A stretch of DNA of 64,000 bases, from positions 69,316,001-69,380,000 of the forward strand of contig NC_042997.1 of the NCBI RefSeq assembly GCF_006345805.1, in the 5' to 3' direction. The stretch comes from Octopus sinensis (Eukaryota). Numbering within the stretch: position 1 is the stretch's first letter; every line of letters starts with the position of its first letter. A model generated the notes under the pieces. The model was not told the DNA's origin. It did not search any database and saw only the letters and a program-made list of their open reading frames with translations. Positions 39,941-53,720 of this stretch are shown here, piece after piece. Both the position numbers and the translations under genes were made by a program.

Positions 39941-40656
39941 TTTTTCTATGTCTAAGAAGTAGAGGGATACTGCGGTAAAGGATGACACATTCATAGGTAT
40001 AAGAATAAGTTCAAACAATCACTAAGTTTCCTACAGCTTAATTTAATATCTTGGGAAAGTTATTGCCTAGATCGATCTGTGTAGCGTAAATTGTATTATG
40101 ATGCATGCAAACAATTTGAGTTGAAGAAACATAACAATAAATTAATTATATCTTGCAGATACATTTGTCCAGTCCCAGGCAGAATCAAAATCATCATTGC
40201 CCCCATTGTGCCTTCGTAGTTTCATGGCAAAATCCATATCTGAACTCAAATTACATTCACCAATCCTTCGCAAATAGATGCAGTTTTTTTTTAGTTCTAA
40301 TCTATTTGTTAATCCTTTGCTTCAAATGTCTAAATCGGCGGGAGTGATCATCATCACCATCATCATCGTCGTCGTCGTCGTTGTTGTTGTTGTTGATATT
40401 ATAAATAGGCACACTGTTATAAATACACAGAATTAGAAGGGAATCAGATGTTATATGTTGAATTACTTTCAAACTTCTACAATCTAGTTAGTGATCATCT
40501 TGCGGTTTCTCTTCTACATCCAGTAATAATAAATACCGGTGAGGGATGGTTTACGATGTAGGAATCACCTTATACCACATCAGGTATAATACTGGAGCAT
40601 GGGCGCAACCCAGCACGCAAATGTGTGACAGATATATACATGTAATATACTCTCGT

Positions 40657-40870
40657 GTGGAGGCGGCGAGCTAGCAGAATCGTTACCGCGCCGGGCAAAT
40701 TGCTCAGTAGCACGTTGTCTGCCTCTAAGTTCAAATTCCGCTGCGGTCGACTTTGTCTTTTATCCCTCCGAGGTCGATTAAACCCGTACAAGGTGAAAAC
40801 TGGGATCGCTCTACTGGTCTTATCCCCTCCTCAAAATTGCTGGGTTTGTGCCAAGATTAGAAAGCAATAT
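40657..40870 (+). mobile_element. SINE family B (diverged)
   Basis: ggaggcggcgagctagcagaatcgtta...gtcgactttgtcttttatcc. Confidence 0.75.
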
Positions 40871-41331
40871 TCTATCATATGTATTCCTATATCAATACGC
40901 TTATTTCTATCACTGCTAACTGCATCTCCACTTCTCAAGGTTTTCTAGACGTCGCAGTTTACTAAATTTATTCGATAACTCTCTCCTAATCAAATCCTAT
41001 TCTACATTACAATCACTTTTTATTTGCAACAATCACACTACGTTCCTATCCTTCTTTCCCTCGATCACATTCTGTTTCTTCTTTTCTTCATTTTCTCCTG
41101 TCTGTATGTGTCTATGAATAACTGTGTGTTGGTATACATACATATATACATACACATGTGTGTGTATGTATACTCAAATATACTCAAATGTATGTTCGTT
41201 TCTATGCGTGTATATACACACATACGCGCAGACAATGATACATAGACATATATTTATATATGCATATATATACATGTATATATATATATACATAGATACA
41301 TGTAAATGTATATATATATATATTATATATA

Positions 41332-41359
<28 letters not shown>

Positions 41360-41369
<10 letters not shown>

Positions 41370-41794
41370 GCACATACATGTATATAAATGCGTGTGTACA
41401 TGTCTATGCTTGTGCGTTTATTTAACTAATTAACTGATACGAACCAATAAAATTCAATTTGATGACTCATCATCTATTTTTGACGACCAGTTACAAAGTC
41501 ATCTATACCGAATCTTATCGAAGATATTACAGGAGGAGCTGTGTTTCTTGGCGTTGACTTGTGTTTACAAGTGCGAGAGGGAGTGAGACACAGAGAGAGG
41601 GGTGGACGAGGAGAAGGTGCGGTAAGAAAGCGCGTACATATTTATATAAGAATGCGTATAAGAGCATAAACACAAACAATCTGATTCAAGTAAATGAGCC
41701 CGTTCACATAAATACATGTATATATGCATAACTACATATACGTATGCGTGTGTGTGTTTGTATGCGTTTATATATACTGTATATATATTTATAT

Positions 41795-41848
<54 letters not shown>

Positions 41849-42300
41849 ATATATACATGCACATACATGTATATAAATGCGTGTGTACATGTCTATGCTT
41901 GTGCGTTTATTTAACTAATTAACTGATACGAACCAATAAAATTCAATTTGATGACTCATCATCTATTTTTGACGACCAGTTACAAAGTCATCTATACCGA
42001 ATCTTATCGAAGATATTACAGGAGGAGCTGTGTTTCTTGGCGTTGACTTGTGTTTACAAGTGCGAGAGGGAGTGAGACACAGAGAGAGGGGTGGACGAGG
42101 AGAAGGTGCGGTAAGAAAGCGCGTACATATTTATATAAGAATGCGTATAAGAGCATAAACACAAACAATCTGATTCAAGTAAATGAGCCCGTTCACATAA
42201 ATACATGTATATATGCATAACTACATATACGTATGCGTGTGTGTGTTTGTATGCGTTTATATATATACTGTATATATATTTATATATATATATATATATA
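41360..42300. repeat. Apparently exact tandem duplication (period ~490) bounded by (TA)n
   Basis: 41365-41800 recurs at 41855-42290 with no difference visible by eye. Confidence 0.85.
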
Positions 42301-42397
42301 TATTATTTGCAGACATGTATTTATGAACATCTATATAGATGTATTGGCAATTATATGTATCTAAGTATATGTATGCAGGCGCACGCACACTCACCCA

Positions 42398-42432
<35 letters not shown>

Positions 42433-42693
42433 CTTTACTATATATATACATATGCATGCATGTATGTATGCCATCATATTCTACGTCCCAGACGCGACAC
42501 GCATTTTGTAACTTATTTCCAAGCAACATGTAATTCTTGATATTGAGACTATAGGTTTCGTATTATGGAATTCTACATTGCCAAAAAGCTTGCAGCTAAG
42601 CTGCGGATATTTGTGCATGTTTGTATGTGTATGTATATGTGTGTGTGTGTGCATATATGTTACATATAGATTGGTAGATAGGTAAGAAAATAA

Positions 42694-42781
<88 letters not shown>

Positions 42782-43399
42782 GTAGATAGATAAATGTAAG
42801 CATGCATGCAAAGTCTTAACTTTTAACACATACGTTTTTTATTACACGTCATGAAATTTCTAGTATATTGAAATTAGACACACATATCATGAAATTGCTC
42901 CCTTTCTTATTTTCATACACATTTCTATACACAGGCTTAAGATATATATATACATATATATTTGCATTAGAGACAAACGCAATAAGATGGTATTTGAGAA
43001 TTAAAACGAAGCAGAAATATCAAATGGGAAGTGATGATTGATGAGGCGGTAGACAAAATACTACAACATGGAAGAATACATATAACTAGATAGAAAAGGG
43101 GTTTTAATAAAATTAGTGATTGACCAAAATAATTAAACATTCGAACAAAATAAAGCCTCAGTCAGAATGGCTGTTATCAACAAAAGCAATGGCTTTTATC
43201 TGCGAAGACAGTGACATTATCAAGAGGAACTCCTTGCTTTTACCGGTGATAATACGGAGCACCAGAGTGGGTACAGACACTAATGCATTCTTGAAACTTT
43301 GATATAGGTATGATTTATTCAGTGATTTCTAAACAAGAGTTTGTTTAAAAATCGATTCAATACTTAAGATAACCTTTTCTATTTTTAGCCTGTTTCTTC

Positions 43400-45450
43400 A
43401 TGTTATCAACAAAGCTCTGATAGAGTAACCGTGGTTTTTACAATAGGGAGGGGCGAGAAACGATTCAATTTTCTGTCTTGAAAGTTGGCATGCAACCATA
43501 TCCTTTGATATTGGTTCCAAAGGAAGCAATATGGAAAGTACAGTTGTATTTTTCTGATTTTCTGTGGAATATGCCTGTATTTCTCGTTAGGAACAGTGAA
43601 AACTGTTTTAGAAGCTTCTGATTCATCAGAAAAGGCTAGGAGGTTTAGATTTCCATTGAAACAATGCGTTACAGCTGTTTCTTGTTCCTATATTTTTATT
43701 TCTTGACCAAACACTTGCCATAAATTTTTGACATCGTTCTAATAAAAAGGTATCTGAAATATACTCATGTTCTGGATCGTACTTTGAAGCACAAGTATTC
43801 CACTAAACATATATACGCATCATCTCCGATTGTGTTGTTGTTTGAGATTTTTATTGGCGTAGAGACGTAGTAATGTCTTACGGTGTCTGTGACATCAATC
43901 TGTTCAGGGTGTGCTTCACACTCATATTTACTCGTAGTCATTTGCGAATGGTAGTCCTGAAACCATTGGCTTGTAGGCTTTGTTGTCGCTGCGATTGACA
44001 GCGGAATATGTTGCATGTCTAGCATATGTATACCGTGTCATATCGATGGAAATAAGATCAATACAAAATCAGGTGCAACGTTGAAGCAAAATTTAAGAAA
44101 TGCAGGTGAACTAGAAATTGAAAGGCATTTCTGTATTAAGGCTAAAGGAAAGCTGAAAAATCATTTATAAATGTGAATACTAAGTATATACAGTACGTAT
44201 ACTAATGTACACAAAGAAGTGAGAGGGAGAGACATAGAAAAAGGAGAGAGAGACACACACACAAAAAAGACAAAGAATGAAATAGGAATTTATGAGGGGT
44301 GGTAACAGTTGGAAATACTGTGGTTCCTTCAATATATTCCTGCATATATATTTCTGGCACTTCACGCTTGCCAGTTAATTATTCAGCTAGACGTTTGGAA
44401 AGTTACCACTTTTTCAGGATTACCAGTTGTTCGTTTCTACTTGGCTGGAGTGGGGGATGAACTTCTTCTGTTCTAATTAATTGCTTCCCTTGTTTCTTCA
44501 GGTGGTGTATATGTTTTTAACATTAGTATTCGTTTCAAACTTTTACTGATCCTACGCTCCCTCAAAATTTTAAGTCACTTGTGATCAGAGATACATATAT
44601 TTGTCTTTCCTATTTTACTTTGTTCGTGGTTAAACCATTCTGGAATTAAATTGTTACTTTTGTTCAAAGTACGTAATCATCTTTCATTGTGACGGATTCT
44701 TTGCAATATTGCAAGATTCTCTTAGTTGTTGTTCCGAAGTCTCACATGGCTACGTTTGCATATATCTTTTTGCAGTATTTTTTTATTACATTGATTGATG
44801 ATGCAACGAAAGAGTTTTGAAATTACGAGTGGTAGACCGATCAAGTAATGATGCATTGAACAGTGTTTACAATTATATTTATTTTGTTTTGTTTTCGAAT
44901 TTACTTATAAATACGTCTTGCTTCAAAATTGAATCTGTGGATGCGTTCAATAAATCCTTCAAAATACATGAACAACCTTAGCTACCTTTATATTTTTATA
45001 TTATTTTCTTCAATATCTCTTGGATCTCTGGGGTGAATATTGTCGGGATCTCCTGTTTTATATTATTTGAAATTTTTGAAGCAGCTTGTAAAAGTGCATT
45101 TTAATGTGTTTTTCTAGCCTTGCTATTGTTGTGGTGCAACGTGAGATGTAATGTGGAAAGTCATAAAGTTGATAGTCGTAAAATTGTTTTTTGTAGTCAA
45201 CACTAGACATAGATGTTTGTTAACACGATGAATTTTTGCTATTGTTTTGTCTTATTTGTTTCTTACTGAGTTTATTTCTGTTGTGTTTTGAGGTTCTTCA
45301 TTATGTCAGTCGTTTAATATGAGTTGTATTTATTCTGGTTTAGAAATTTTGAAAATGATCTTGTTGAATGTACATTCCGTAGTCTCTGTGTGAAATTTAG
45401 TTTGTACAATTCTGTGAATACTGGGTTTTTTTTCCTTTATTCTTTTGGCG
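43400..45450 (-). mobile_element. Very degraded retroelement remnant, possibly PLE
   Basis: Scattered broken-frame patches (for example QSLQANGFRTTIRK, resembling PLE ..LxxNGYP..FI). No intact motif. Confidence 0.3.
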
Positions 45451-45584
45451 TGGTTTTTCTGCGTTCACTTAGTACAAAAATATGGAAATTCAACTCACTC
45501 TAGATTTATATATTCATTAATGATTTACAATATGTTACGAATTAACAGAAACATAGTTCATACGAATCTAATCTTTAATTTCAG

Positions 45585-45771
45585 GTTGTTGCTGCTACGG
45601 TGACATCAGTCACACTCGTTTGGATTCCTGGATTGGGAGAAAACGTGTACGGCCCACATTCCGAATGCGATATGTGCTTAGAAGACGGTTCACTTTTGCA
45701 GTATGCTTCTAGTGCACGAGCGCCAAGCGATTCAAAGAGAAAGATCCACTGGAAGAAAGAAGAAGCACTTG
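45585..45771 (+). CDS. PAPPA: Pappalysin exon
   Basis: ttcag|...|gtacg; VVAATVTSVTLVWIPG...ECDMCLEDGSLLQYASSARAPSDSKRKIHWKKEEAL(G) versus human SVTLEWFPP...CHLCLEGRILVQYAS...HWSPREAEG. 187 nt. Confidence 0.93.
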
Positions 45772-45879
45772 GTACGTTTTGTTAACCACGTTCTATAACA
45801 AGAAAAATTATGTCTACAACTGCAACTGTCGCTACTACTATTGTTACTACTACCACTGAAAATATTGTTTTCAAAATTT

Positions 45880-46470
45880 GGCACAAGATCACTAATTTCG
45901 GGGAGGAGTAAGTAGATTAGATCGACCAGTTCTCAACTGGTACTTAATTTGTAAATCCCGAAAGTCAACTTCGGTGGAATTTGAGCTCAGCTGCTTAGCA
46001 ATTTGTCCGCCGTGCAAACGATTCTGCTAGCTTGCTGCTGTAACAATTACTTAAAATATTAGTAACTGTAATAGTAGCAGCAAGGATTTACTTGATGGTA
46101 ATTTATTTTGTCGACCCTAGAGAAGCGAGAAGCAAATCTAAGCACGGAAGTATTTGATCTCCGAACATAGAATTGGAGAAAATATTTTTTGTCCGACATT
46201 TATCGAGTGTAGCAATACACCACTTTCAACATAACAACAACATCAATAACAACAATATTGGTTTCAAATTTTGGCACAAGACCAGCAGTTTAAGAGAGGG
46301 GGTTAGTCGATTACATTGAGCCCAGTGCTCGGTTGGTACTTATTTTATCCACCCCAAAAGAGTGAAAGACAAAGTCAACCACGGCGAAATTTGAACCCAG
46401 AATATAATGACGGACGAAATACCACTAAGAATTTTGCCCGGAGTACTAACGATTCTGTCTGCTCACCGCC

Positions 46471-46514
<44 letters not shown>

Positions 46515-47020
46515 TTCAAATGTCGGTACAAGGCCATCAAGTTCGGTGAGGAGCAAGTTGATTATATCTAACCTAGTGTTCGACTAGTAATTTTTTTTAT
46601 CGACCCCGAGAGTTTGAAAGGCAGAATCGACCTCGACGGAATTTGAACACAGAACGTTAACACAGACGAAATGCAGCAAAACATTTAGCCCGATGTGCTA
46701 ACGATTCTGCCGGCTCACCGGCTCACCGCCATAATAATTAATAACAATCCTTTCTACTTTAAGCACAAGCTTCAAATTTGCGGGAATGGTGCTAGTCGAT
46801 AACACCGACCCCAGCGTTTTACTGGTACTTAATTTATCGAACTCGAAAGGATAAAAAGCAAGATCGAGCTCGGCTGATTAATAATCCTTTCTCTTATAGG
46901 CATAAGGCCAGCAATTTCGGGGAAGGGGTAAGTCGATTACATCAACCCAAGGCTTGACTGATAATTATTTTCTCGACCCCGAAATGATGAAAGCGAAGCC
47001 GACCTCAGTGGGATTGTGAG
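45880..47020 (-). mobile_element. Cluster of about five SINE family B copies or fragments, all antisense
   Basis: Repeated tcgaccccga..gaaag..aaagtcgacc core near 45950, 46350, 46600, 46840 and 46975. Confidence 0.8.
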
Positions 47021-48084
47021 AGTAAAAATCTAGAAAATAAAAAGAAAAACGTGTTTCTTAAAGGGTAGGAGAGATGCTGCAAACGCTAATGTAGCTGTAA
47101 AGCTAAAAATTACTAATGGACAAAGACTTCACGGAAAATTGTACAAGGAGAAGAGAACTGAATGCATAGCATTGACGGACTAGCAGAGGTCTATTGACAG
47201 TATTCTCTACACGGGGATAATTGAGGAAGCACAATTAATAAGCAGATGTTTCTTAATTGTACTCACACGTGATAAATAAATGGTGGGAAGTACTTCAGAC
47301 AGATAAAAGCAGGAAATATAAAAACTAATTTATTTATATTAGAAGATGAGTATTCCAATAAAACTTCGTCTCCCCACTCCTCAACTTAATTCTAACACAT
47401 AATCAACGCGGTAAAGTAAACTGGGTCCAGATACAATGCAGTGAGGAACTTGAACTAAATTTTATATAAGGACAACATCAGGTTGTATCTTTTAAATGAT
47501 AAATATTACAAACGCCACTGCATACAAAAGTGCTTCTAGAATTTTGTGTGAGATGTACCAGTTCAAAATTGAAAGGGAAGTTAAGAAGGCTTACTCGCCA
47601 AAGACTGGCTACAGGATTTTTGTCTGGATTAGAATATGAGCAGGGCACTGTGTTCTCAGTGATAAAGCAAAGTACATTTTTCTCTCTTTGAAAGAAAGTA
47701 AGCTTATAGTTATTAGCGTTCCCTTCATCAAACATGCTTAAGGAAAGGCTGAGTGTAGTTGTAAAGTTGTTTGTTGAACAGTGAAATAAATGACAACTAA
47801 GTAAAAAGAGAAAACAAAGGCTTTGTTTTCAAAAATTGAGCCAAATCTGATCAAATTTTCAATTATTAAATATTTGTCTTTGGAATATAGATACTTGTTC
47901 AGTATCTTAATTGATTTTACGTTTATTTTAATCGCCAAATACTGATATGTATATTTGATTTATTGATACCAGGAATAAAGCTTAAAGTTTGTTTTTTTAT
48001 TTAAAATGTAATATTGAAATTTGTTCTGAGTGGTTTCGTTTGCACATCGTTATAATATAATTTTATTATATATGTTCTCCACTT

Positions 48085-48310
48085 TCTTTATTCTTTTACT
48101 TGTTTCAGTCAGTTGACTGCGGCCATGCTGGAGCACCGCCTTGAGTCGAGCAAATCGACTCCGGGACTAATTCGTTGTAAGCCTATGTACTTATTCTATC
48201 GGTCTCTTTTGCCGAACCGCTAAGTTACGAGGACAAAAACACACCAGCATCGGTTGTCAAGCCATGTTGGGGGGACAAACACAGACACACAAGGATATAT
48301 ACACACATAC

Positions 48311-48369
<59 letters not shown>

Positions 48370-48539
48370 CAAATACGACGGCCTTCTTTCAGTTTCGGTC
48401 AACCAAATCCACTCACAAGGCTTTGGTCAGCCCGAGGCTATAGTAGAAGACACTTGTCCAAGGTGCCACGCAGTGGAACTGAACTCATGACCATGTGGTT
48501 GGTAAGCAAGCTACTTACCACACAGCCACTCCTGCACCT
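48085..48539 (-). mobile_element. SINE family A
   Basis: Reverse-complement match with internal (TA)n. Confidence 0.9.
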
Positions 48540-48624
48540 ATGATAAATCTTTAGCAATTTTCATAAATATTTAGCATTACGATTACATAAAACGTGGTAC
48601 ATGCTAGAGAGAATTGTATAAAAA

Positions 48625-48800
48625 TATTGGTTTCAAAATTTGGTACATGTCCAGTAATTTCTGGAGAAGGTTTGAGACGAGAAGGAATGAAAGACAAAGT
48701 CGACCTCAGTGGTATTTGAACTCAATAAATAGACGGACGAAATGCCACTAAACATTTTTCGTCGGCGTGCTAACAATTCTGCTAGCTCGCCGTCTTAATT
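48625..48800 (-). mobile_element. SINE family B fragment
   Basis: gaatgaaagacaaagtcgacctc...gctagctcgccg. Confidence 0.75.
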
Positions 48801-48995
48801 TTTAGAAAAATATTCATGAGTAAAGCACCGCACAAAATGAACTTTTGTTTAATTGAAATAACCTGCATATTGTGGGGAAGGGAGACAAGCAATGGGATAT
48901 AGAATTTGTGAAAAGCCAAAACGAGACACTGAGAAACAAAAAATTGAGAATCATTGACAAAGGCTTAAATTATCTCATTTCTATTATAAAATCAG

Positions 48996-49113
48996 GACCA
49001 CCAGATGCTGAACTCTGTAAAGCCAGTAGATTAACATGGATGCAAGAGAATGATGGTTGCAGTGAAAAATGTTACATAGAATTTGGATTTAAATACAATA
49101 TAATTCCACAGAG
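48996..49113 (+). CDS. PAPPA: Pappalysin exon
   Basis: atcag|...|gtacg; (G)PPDAELCKASRLTWMQENDGCSEKCYIEFGFKYNIIPQ(R) versus human HPDVEQPCKSSVRTW...GCYLELEFLYPLVPES. 118 nt. Confidence 0.9.
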
Positions 49114-49312
49114 GTACGGCTCTGAATTTTTTTGTTTTTAATATTCGTCACTTACCTTGGTATTTTCTTTATTCTTAAATTAATTGCTCATTTTAATAGC
49201 CTAAACTTTGAAAAGCTGAACATTTATCTAAATATGCTTATCTATATATGTGTGTGTATGTACTTGCGTGCGTATGTTTGTGTTACTGCATGTAATATCT
49301 ATCTATCTATCT

Positions 49313-49366
<54 letters not shown>

Positions 49367-51049
49367 AACTTACTGTTAACAAAAGTTGGGATGCGTGGTG
49401 TTCACTTAATAAATGAAAAATGCATTAAGTAAACAACGGTAGCTAAAAAAACGTACAAGTAGGACAGGCACAGACGGCCCTAATTCTTCATTAGTTACCA
49501 ACCGAATGATAATACTCAGTTTCATGACTTTAATCATAAAACTGAGAATTTTGCATATCGGCGGCACCCGCAAAATTTGTGGAGAATTAGGGCTTCGAAC
49601 GATCACAACGTTAGAGTGGACATAGGAAAGTAAACAAATGTAATTTAAGACGGTTGACAAAGACGGAATAAATAGGTGGATGAGAAAAATACGGCCTTTG
49701 AGCCAGAAATACGAAAATGGTGGGTAACGCCTGGAAGAAATCCTGAAGGGTTATAGTGAGACAAATAGCAAGAGAAGAGAGAAATATCGAGCGGCTAGCT
49801 AATCGTCCTGTGCGAAAAAGGCAGAGAAATGGGAAAATTGGTCGCGGGTCACGTGTGAATGGTAGATAGAGGGGAAGGAGGATAAGAGAGAGGGAGAGAG
49901 AGCAGTAGAGAGAACAGGGAAGGAGAAAGGAAGAAAGTCTACGATTACAAGTGAGAAGCCGAGAGAAAGGAAGAGGAGAAAGTGGGAATGCTAGAAATAG
50001 AAAAAGAGGATGAGAAAAAGAGGAAACTAAAGGATAGAGTCGCAAAATTATATATATGAAAACCTTACTGTTAACAAAAGTCAGGATGCGTGTTACATAT
50101 TTCAGATTTTACTTCAAGAGAAAAGGAAGCATTTAATTTCTTGTTTCATGATCATACCTCATCTGACGAGTAAAGGGAGTAGATATAAATTCACTAGGAT
50201 CTTTCTTCATTTTATATTTAGATACATTTGATATCACTCACGTAATTATTTTCTTTAATAACGCTTGAACATCATGATTTCATATTCTACCTCTCGTAAA
50301 TTTCCTGTCGTTATACCAATACAAAATTTTAATTAGCATACATGTATTTCGGTTAAAATGATTGATCATCTGTTTGAATCCCTGCTCCAGCTATATGGCC
50401 CTTTCTCTGACACTTTAACATGCAACAGTACCATTTATATGTAATAAGGTACCACGTGAAGTTGTAGTTGTAAATAGATGCAGTTTATATAAAATTATAT
50501 TATTGTACCACAATTCTAAGTTCAATTACTTTCTTAACATCTACGTTTTGTTAACGTTCCACAAAGAAGTATTTCATTTATGCGTCCTAGACCAGTAAGA
50601 TATGTACTGTTTTAATCAATGCACACATGGAGAAAGAGGAATAAAGAACCTAATGTCAATCATTACACGTAGCCAACTATCTTCAATCACAGCCTTTCAA
50701 AATTCCTACAAATGCTAGGCTTCGATATATCTGGTGATCTTTCACGATAACCTCACATATACAATATTGCCAAACTGCACCCTAAAAACTAGAACTTCCA
50801 TTTTAGTACTAGAAAATATTTCAGCTTTGATTAATTACTGATGGTCTAGTACGACCCACTTCAGAGTTCTACTCACAGAAATTGAATGGTATGTTACGTG
50901 ACACACGAGTTCCGAAATAATATAATTTTGCTTATTAGCGCTCTCCTCCTGACATGCTATATACAGACTATATACAGACTTACACTGTTTTCTCTTTCTT
51001 CCTCTTCTAACGCTAGTCTGGGAGAGCTCACAAAAGCTATAGAATCACT

Positions 51050-51290
51050 GATTAATAATATTTTCAAATTTTGGTACGAGCCCAGTAATTTTAGATGAAA
51101 GTTGTAATCCGATATCGCCCCTGGTGCTGAACCGTTACTTATTTTCTTGACGCCCCCCCCCCATCCACCCACCAAAAAAAAAACGGAAAGCAAAGGTAAC
51201 TTCGGCGGAATTTGAAGTGAGAATTAAAGCGTAGGAAGAAATGATCTTGAACATTTTTTGTCCGACACGCTAATGATTCTGTCTTACAAC
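51050..51290 (-). mobile_element. SINE family B (diverged)
   Basis: ttttggtacgagcccagtaatttt...ttcggcggaatttgaa...gctaatgattctg. Confidence 0.65.
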
Positions 51291-51458
51291 TGATCAATAA
51301 AAAGAAATACCTCATCTAAAAGTGACTGTCACCTATTGAACTTGCCCGTCTATGTAATCGATTTCATCGGTTGACAATAGCCAGATCGATTGGAGGAAAG
51401 ATTGATAAAAATATTATTTTTCGTTGGCTATTTACTAACCTGTGCTTTTCTTCCTCAG

Positions 51459-51612
51459 AATCAGTATTTGGGTCGTGTGGGAGGCAGCAGTTGGAATAAA
51501 GAATGTGAAGTTTTACTTCGTGGACGGAACTACAGATTTTCTCGGCCCGGTCAAGGCGTTCTGTGATATGCCATTTACTGCAAGACTTAACTACAACAAG
51601 AAAGTTAAAAAG
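51459..51612 (+). CDS. PAPPA: Pappalysin exon
   Basis: ctcag|...|gtatt; ISIWVVWEAAVGIKNVKFYFVDGTTDFLGPVKAFCDMPFTARLNYNKKVKK versus human LTIWV...LGPQNVFCDVPLTIRL. 154 nt. Confidence 0.92.
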
Positions 51613-52849
51613 GTATTTAGTATAATTTGAATATTTTCTTTTATGGAAAATTGTAGAGATGGTGAATACACATTACCCAACTCATTGACTTTACAAACTG
51701 ATGTCGGGATCTCGTGTTTGTCGTATGCACAATCCAGGTCAATAAGTGCCACTACCATACAGAATTCCATTCGATAGTCTATATAACCTATATAGGCATG
51801 TATGTGTGTTTCTAATATAACACATTACACTTCTCACAATATCCAGGGAGTTAGTACATTTACTATCACAGTTGTTTCTATTTCTCTCATACTTTATGCT
51901 TTTGCCCGTCATTTTCTTCTGCTTAAATCTCTCTTTTACTTTCTCCTCATCCTCTCTCTCCCTCTCTCACCCTGTTTGGGCGCGTGTTTTTCTCTTTTTC
52001 TCTCTCCACTCTGCATGTAACTCCATTCTTTACTCTCCGTAAGTAGATTTATGATACTGGACAAATAACGTTAATTAACTGCTTTTTTTTCTTTTTAAAA
52101 GTTTCCCTGTCAAAAAGAAAGCATGATGCGACGGCTCACGATTCTTCAAACTAGACCACATATAGCTTGCAAACTACGATATCTATAACTTATTTAAAAC
52201 TTGATTTTATAAATATCCCGAGACTCGAGACCCATCAATTAAGAGAGCCTTTATCTTTATGTGTATGTGTGTATGTGTGTGCGTATTTCTCTTGAGCAAA
52301 ATCCGACTCATCACAGTTAATCTTGCGCCAAGTTATATCCAGTGAAGTGTTAGAGCTAAGCCATAAATATTAATAATACACGACAGTTATAGACTATCGT
52401 TGCTACTCACAACCTCTTCCTACCGGCAGCTGGTAAGTTTGGTTAACGAAGATAGGTCATAGTGAGAAATATTTACTGCAATTTTTACCTTGAAAAACAA
52501 TGTTTTTTACCTTACAAAATGTATATCAGCTAAGCAAATAACCTGAAAAGACATTAAAAACACTATAACATATTCACAAAACTATTTCAGAAAATTATCT
52601 CCGTTCTGCTTGTGCAGACAAAAGAAAAATTTCAGCGAAGCGAAATGAGTAAAGCGAAGTAAAGTAAATGTTTTCTCTTCAGTTCTCCAGAATTACATTT
52701 GAAAAGACTCGTACACGTCAATATCGATACTTAGACATCGGAAAGATCAGAAATGCAACAAAAATCAAAAACATTTAGGTGAAATAAGAGGATCTTGCAA
52801 AGTGCTATATGATATAAAATTTATGAAACTCAACATACAATATTTATTC

Positions 52850-53720
52850 TGAGAAATTTAGACAAAAAAGTTATCATTAAGGTAAATATCTTTAGGCTGA
52901 CCTTTTAGGCATCAGTTTTCCTCATAAACGTCACATGAGAACCATTTCTCACTTTTCTGTCCTTTGTAAAGTCATCACAATCGTTCGCCCTTCGTGTACT
53001 TAGTGTTCTCTTTTTTAGAAATTTCATCTTCTTCATCGTCAAGACATGCTTCTACACAGGAAATGAATTCTCTTCCTTCACTTCTTCCATGCATCCCCTT
53101 CAGCTTTGTAGAATTGTTGTCCTTATTTACTTTCCTCTCCTTAGCTTCCTTTTGCAAACGAAGGAGCACATCTGTAGTAAGGACTTCAACTTTTGCCGTT
53201 CGGACGCGTTTTCGTTTCCTGTTGGATTTCTGTAAAGCTCTTCATGGTTTCCTTAGATTATCAGCAGATGAAGCCACTATGGCGAAGACTTCTGGTTTGA
53301 TATCCGTGAACTGCTGTGAGCAACATTAAATGAGATCATTCAGTCCTTCCCTGACACATTATACTTAAAAAACAGTTTTCCTCTCAACTGCATTTATATA
53401 CATATTAACACTTTCGTCTGAAATTCCTGTGTCCCATATGGTCAACCTAATCTAAATTAAAAAGCAAGAATATATCGACTACATCTTCCTCCTATTTCTT
53501 TGAAAGCATTCTAACAAAACGACCATCATCAATTCGTTCAGACTGGTTGATTCTTTGACTCATCTTTGAAATGTCCCATATAGGATAGTAGTTGAGTTGC
53601 AGTATGACAGATAGATGCGCCTTTAGCTAACATGTCGCAAACTTTCTCTATTTCTTCTTCGCAATCTGCTGGAGTAGCTCTCTTACTGATATGTTCGTGC
53701 ACCGTATAGCTAAAAAGAAA
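52850..53720 (-). mobile_element. Degraded pogo-type transposase remnant
   Basis: RKRKRVRTAKVEVLTTDVLLRLQKE, an acidic tract, then EKWFSCD (PHD-like remnant). Upstream psq-HTH-like remnants. Confidence 0.5.

Noticed and set aside
43585-43640. CTGATGA...AAAAC hammerhead-like motif (minus strand)
   Set aside because: GAAA core is broken, the stem II palindrome has no loop, and there is no stem III or cleavage triplet.
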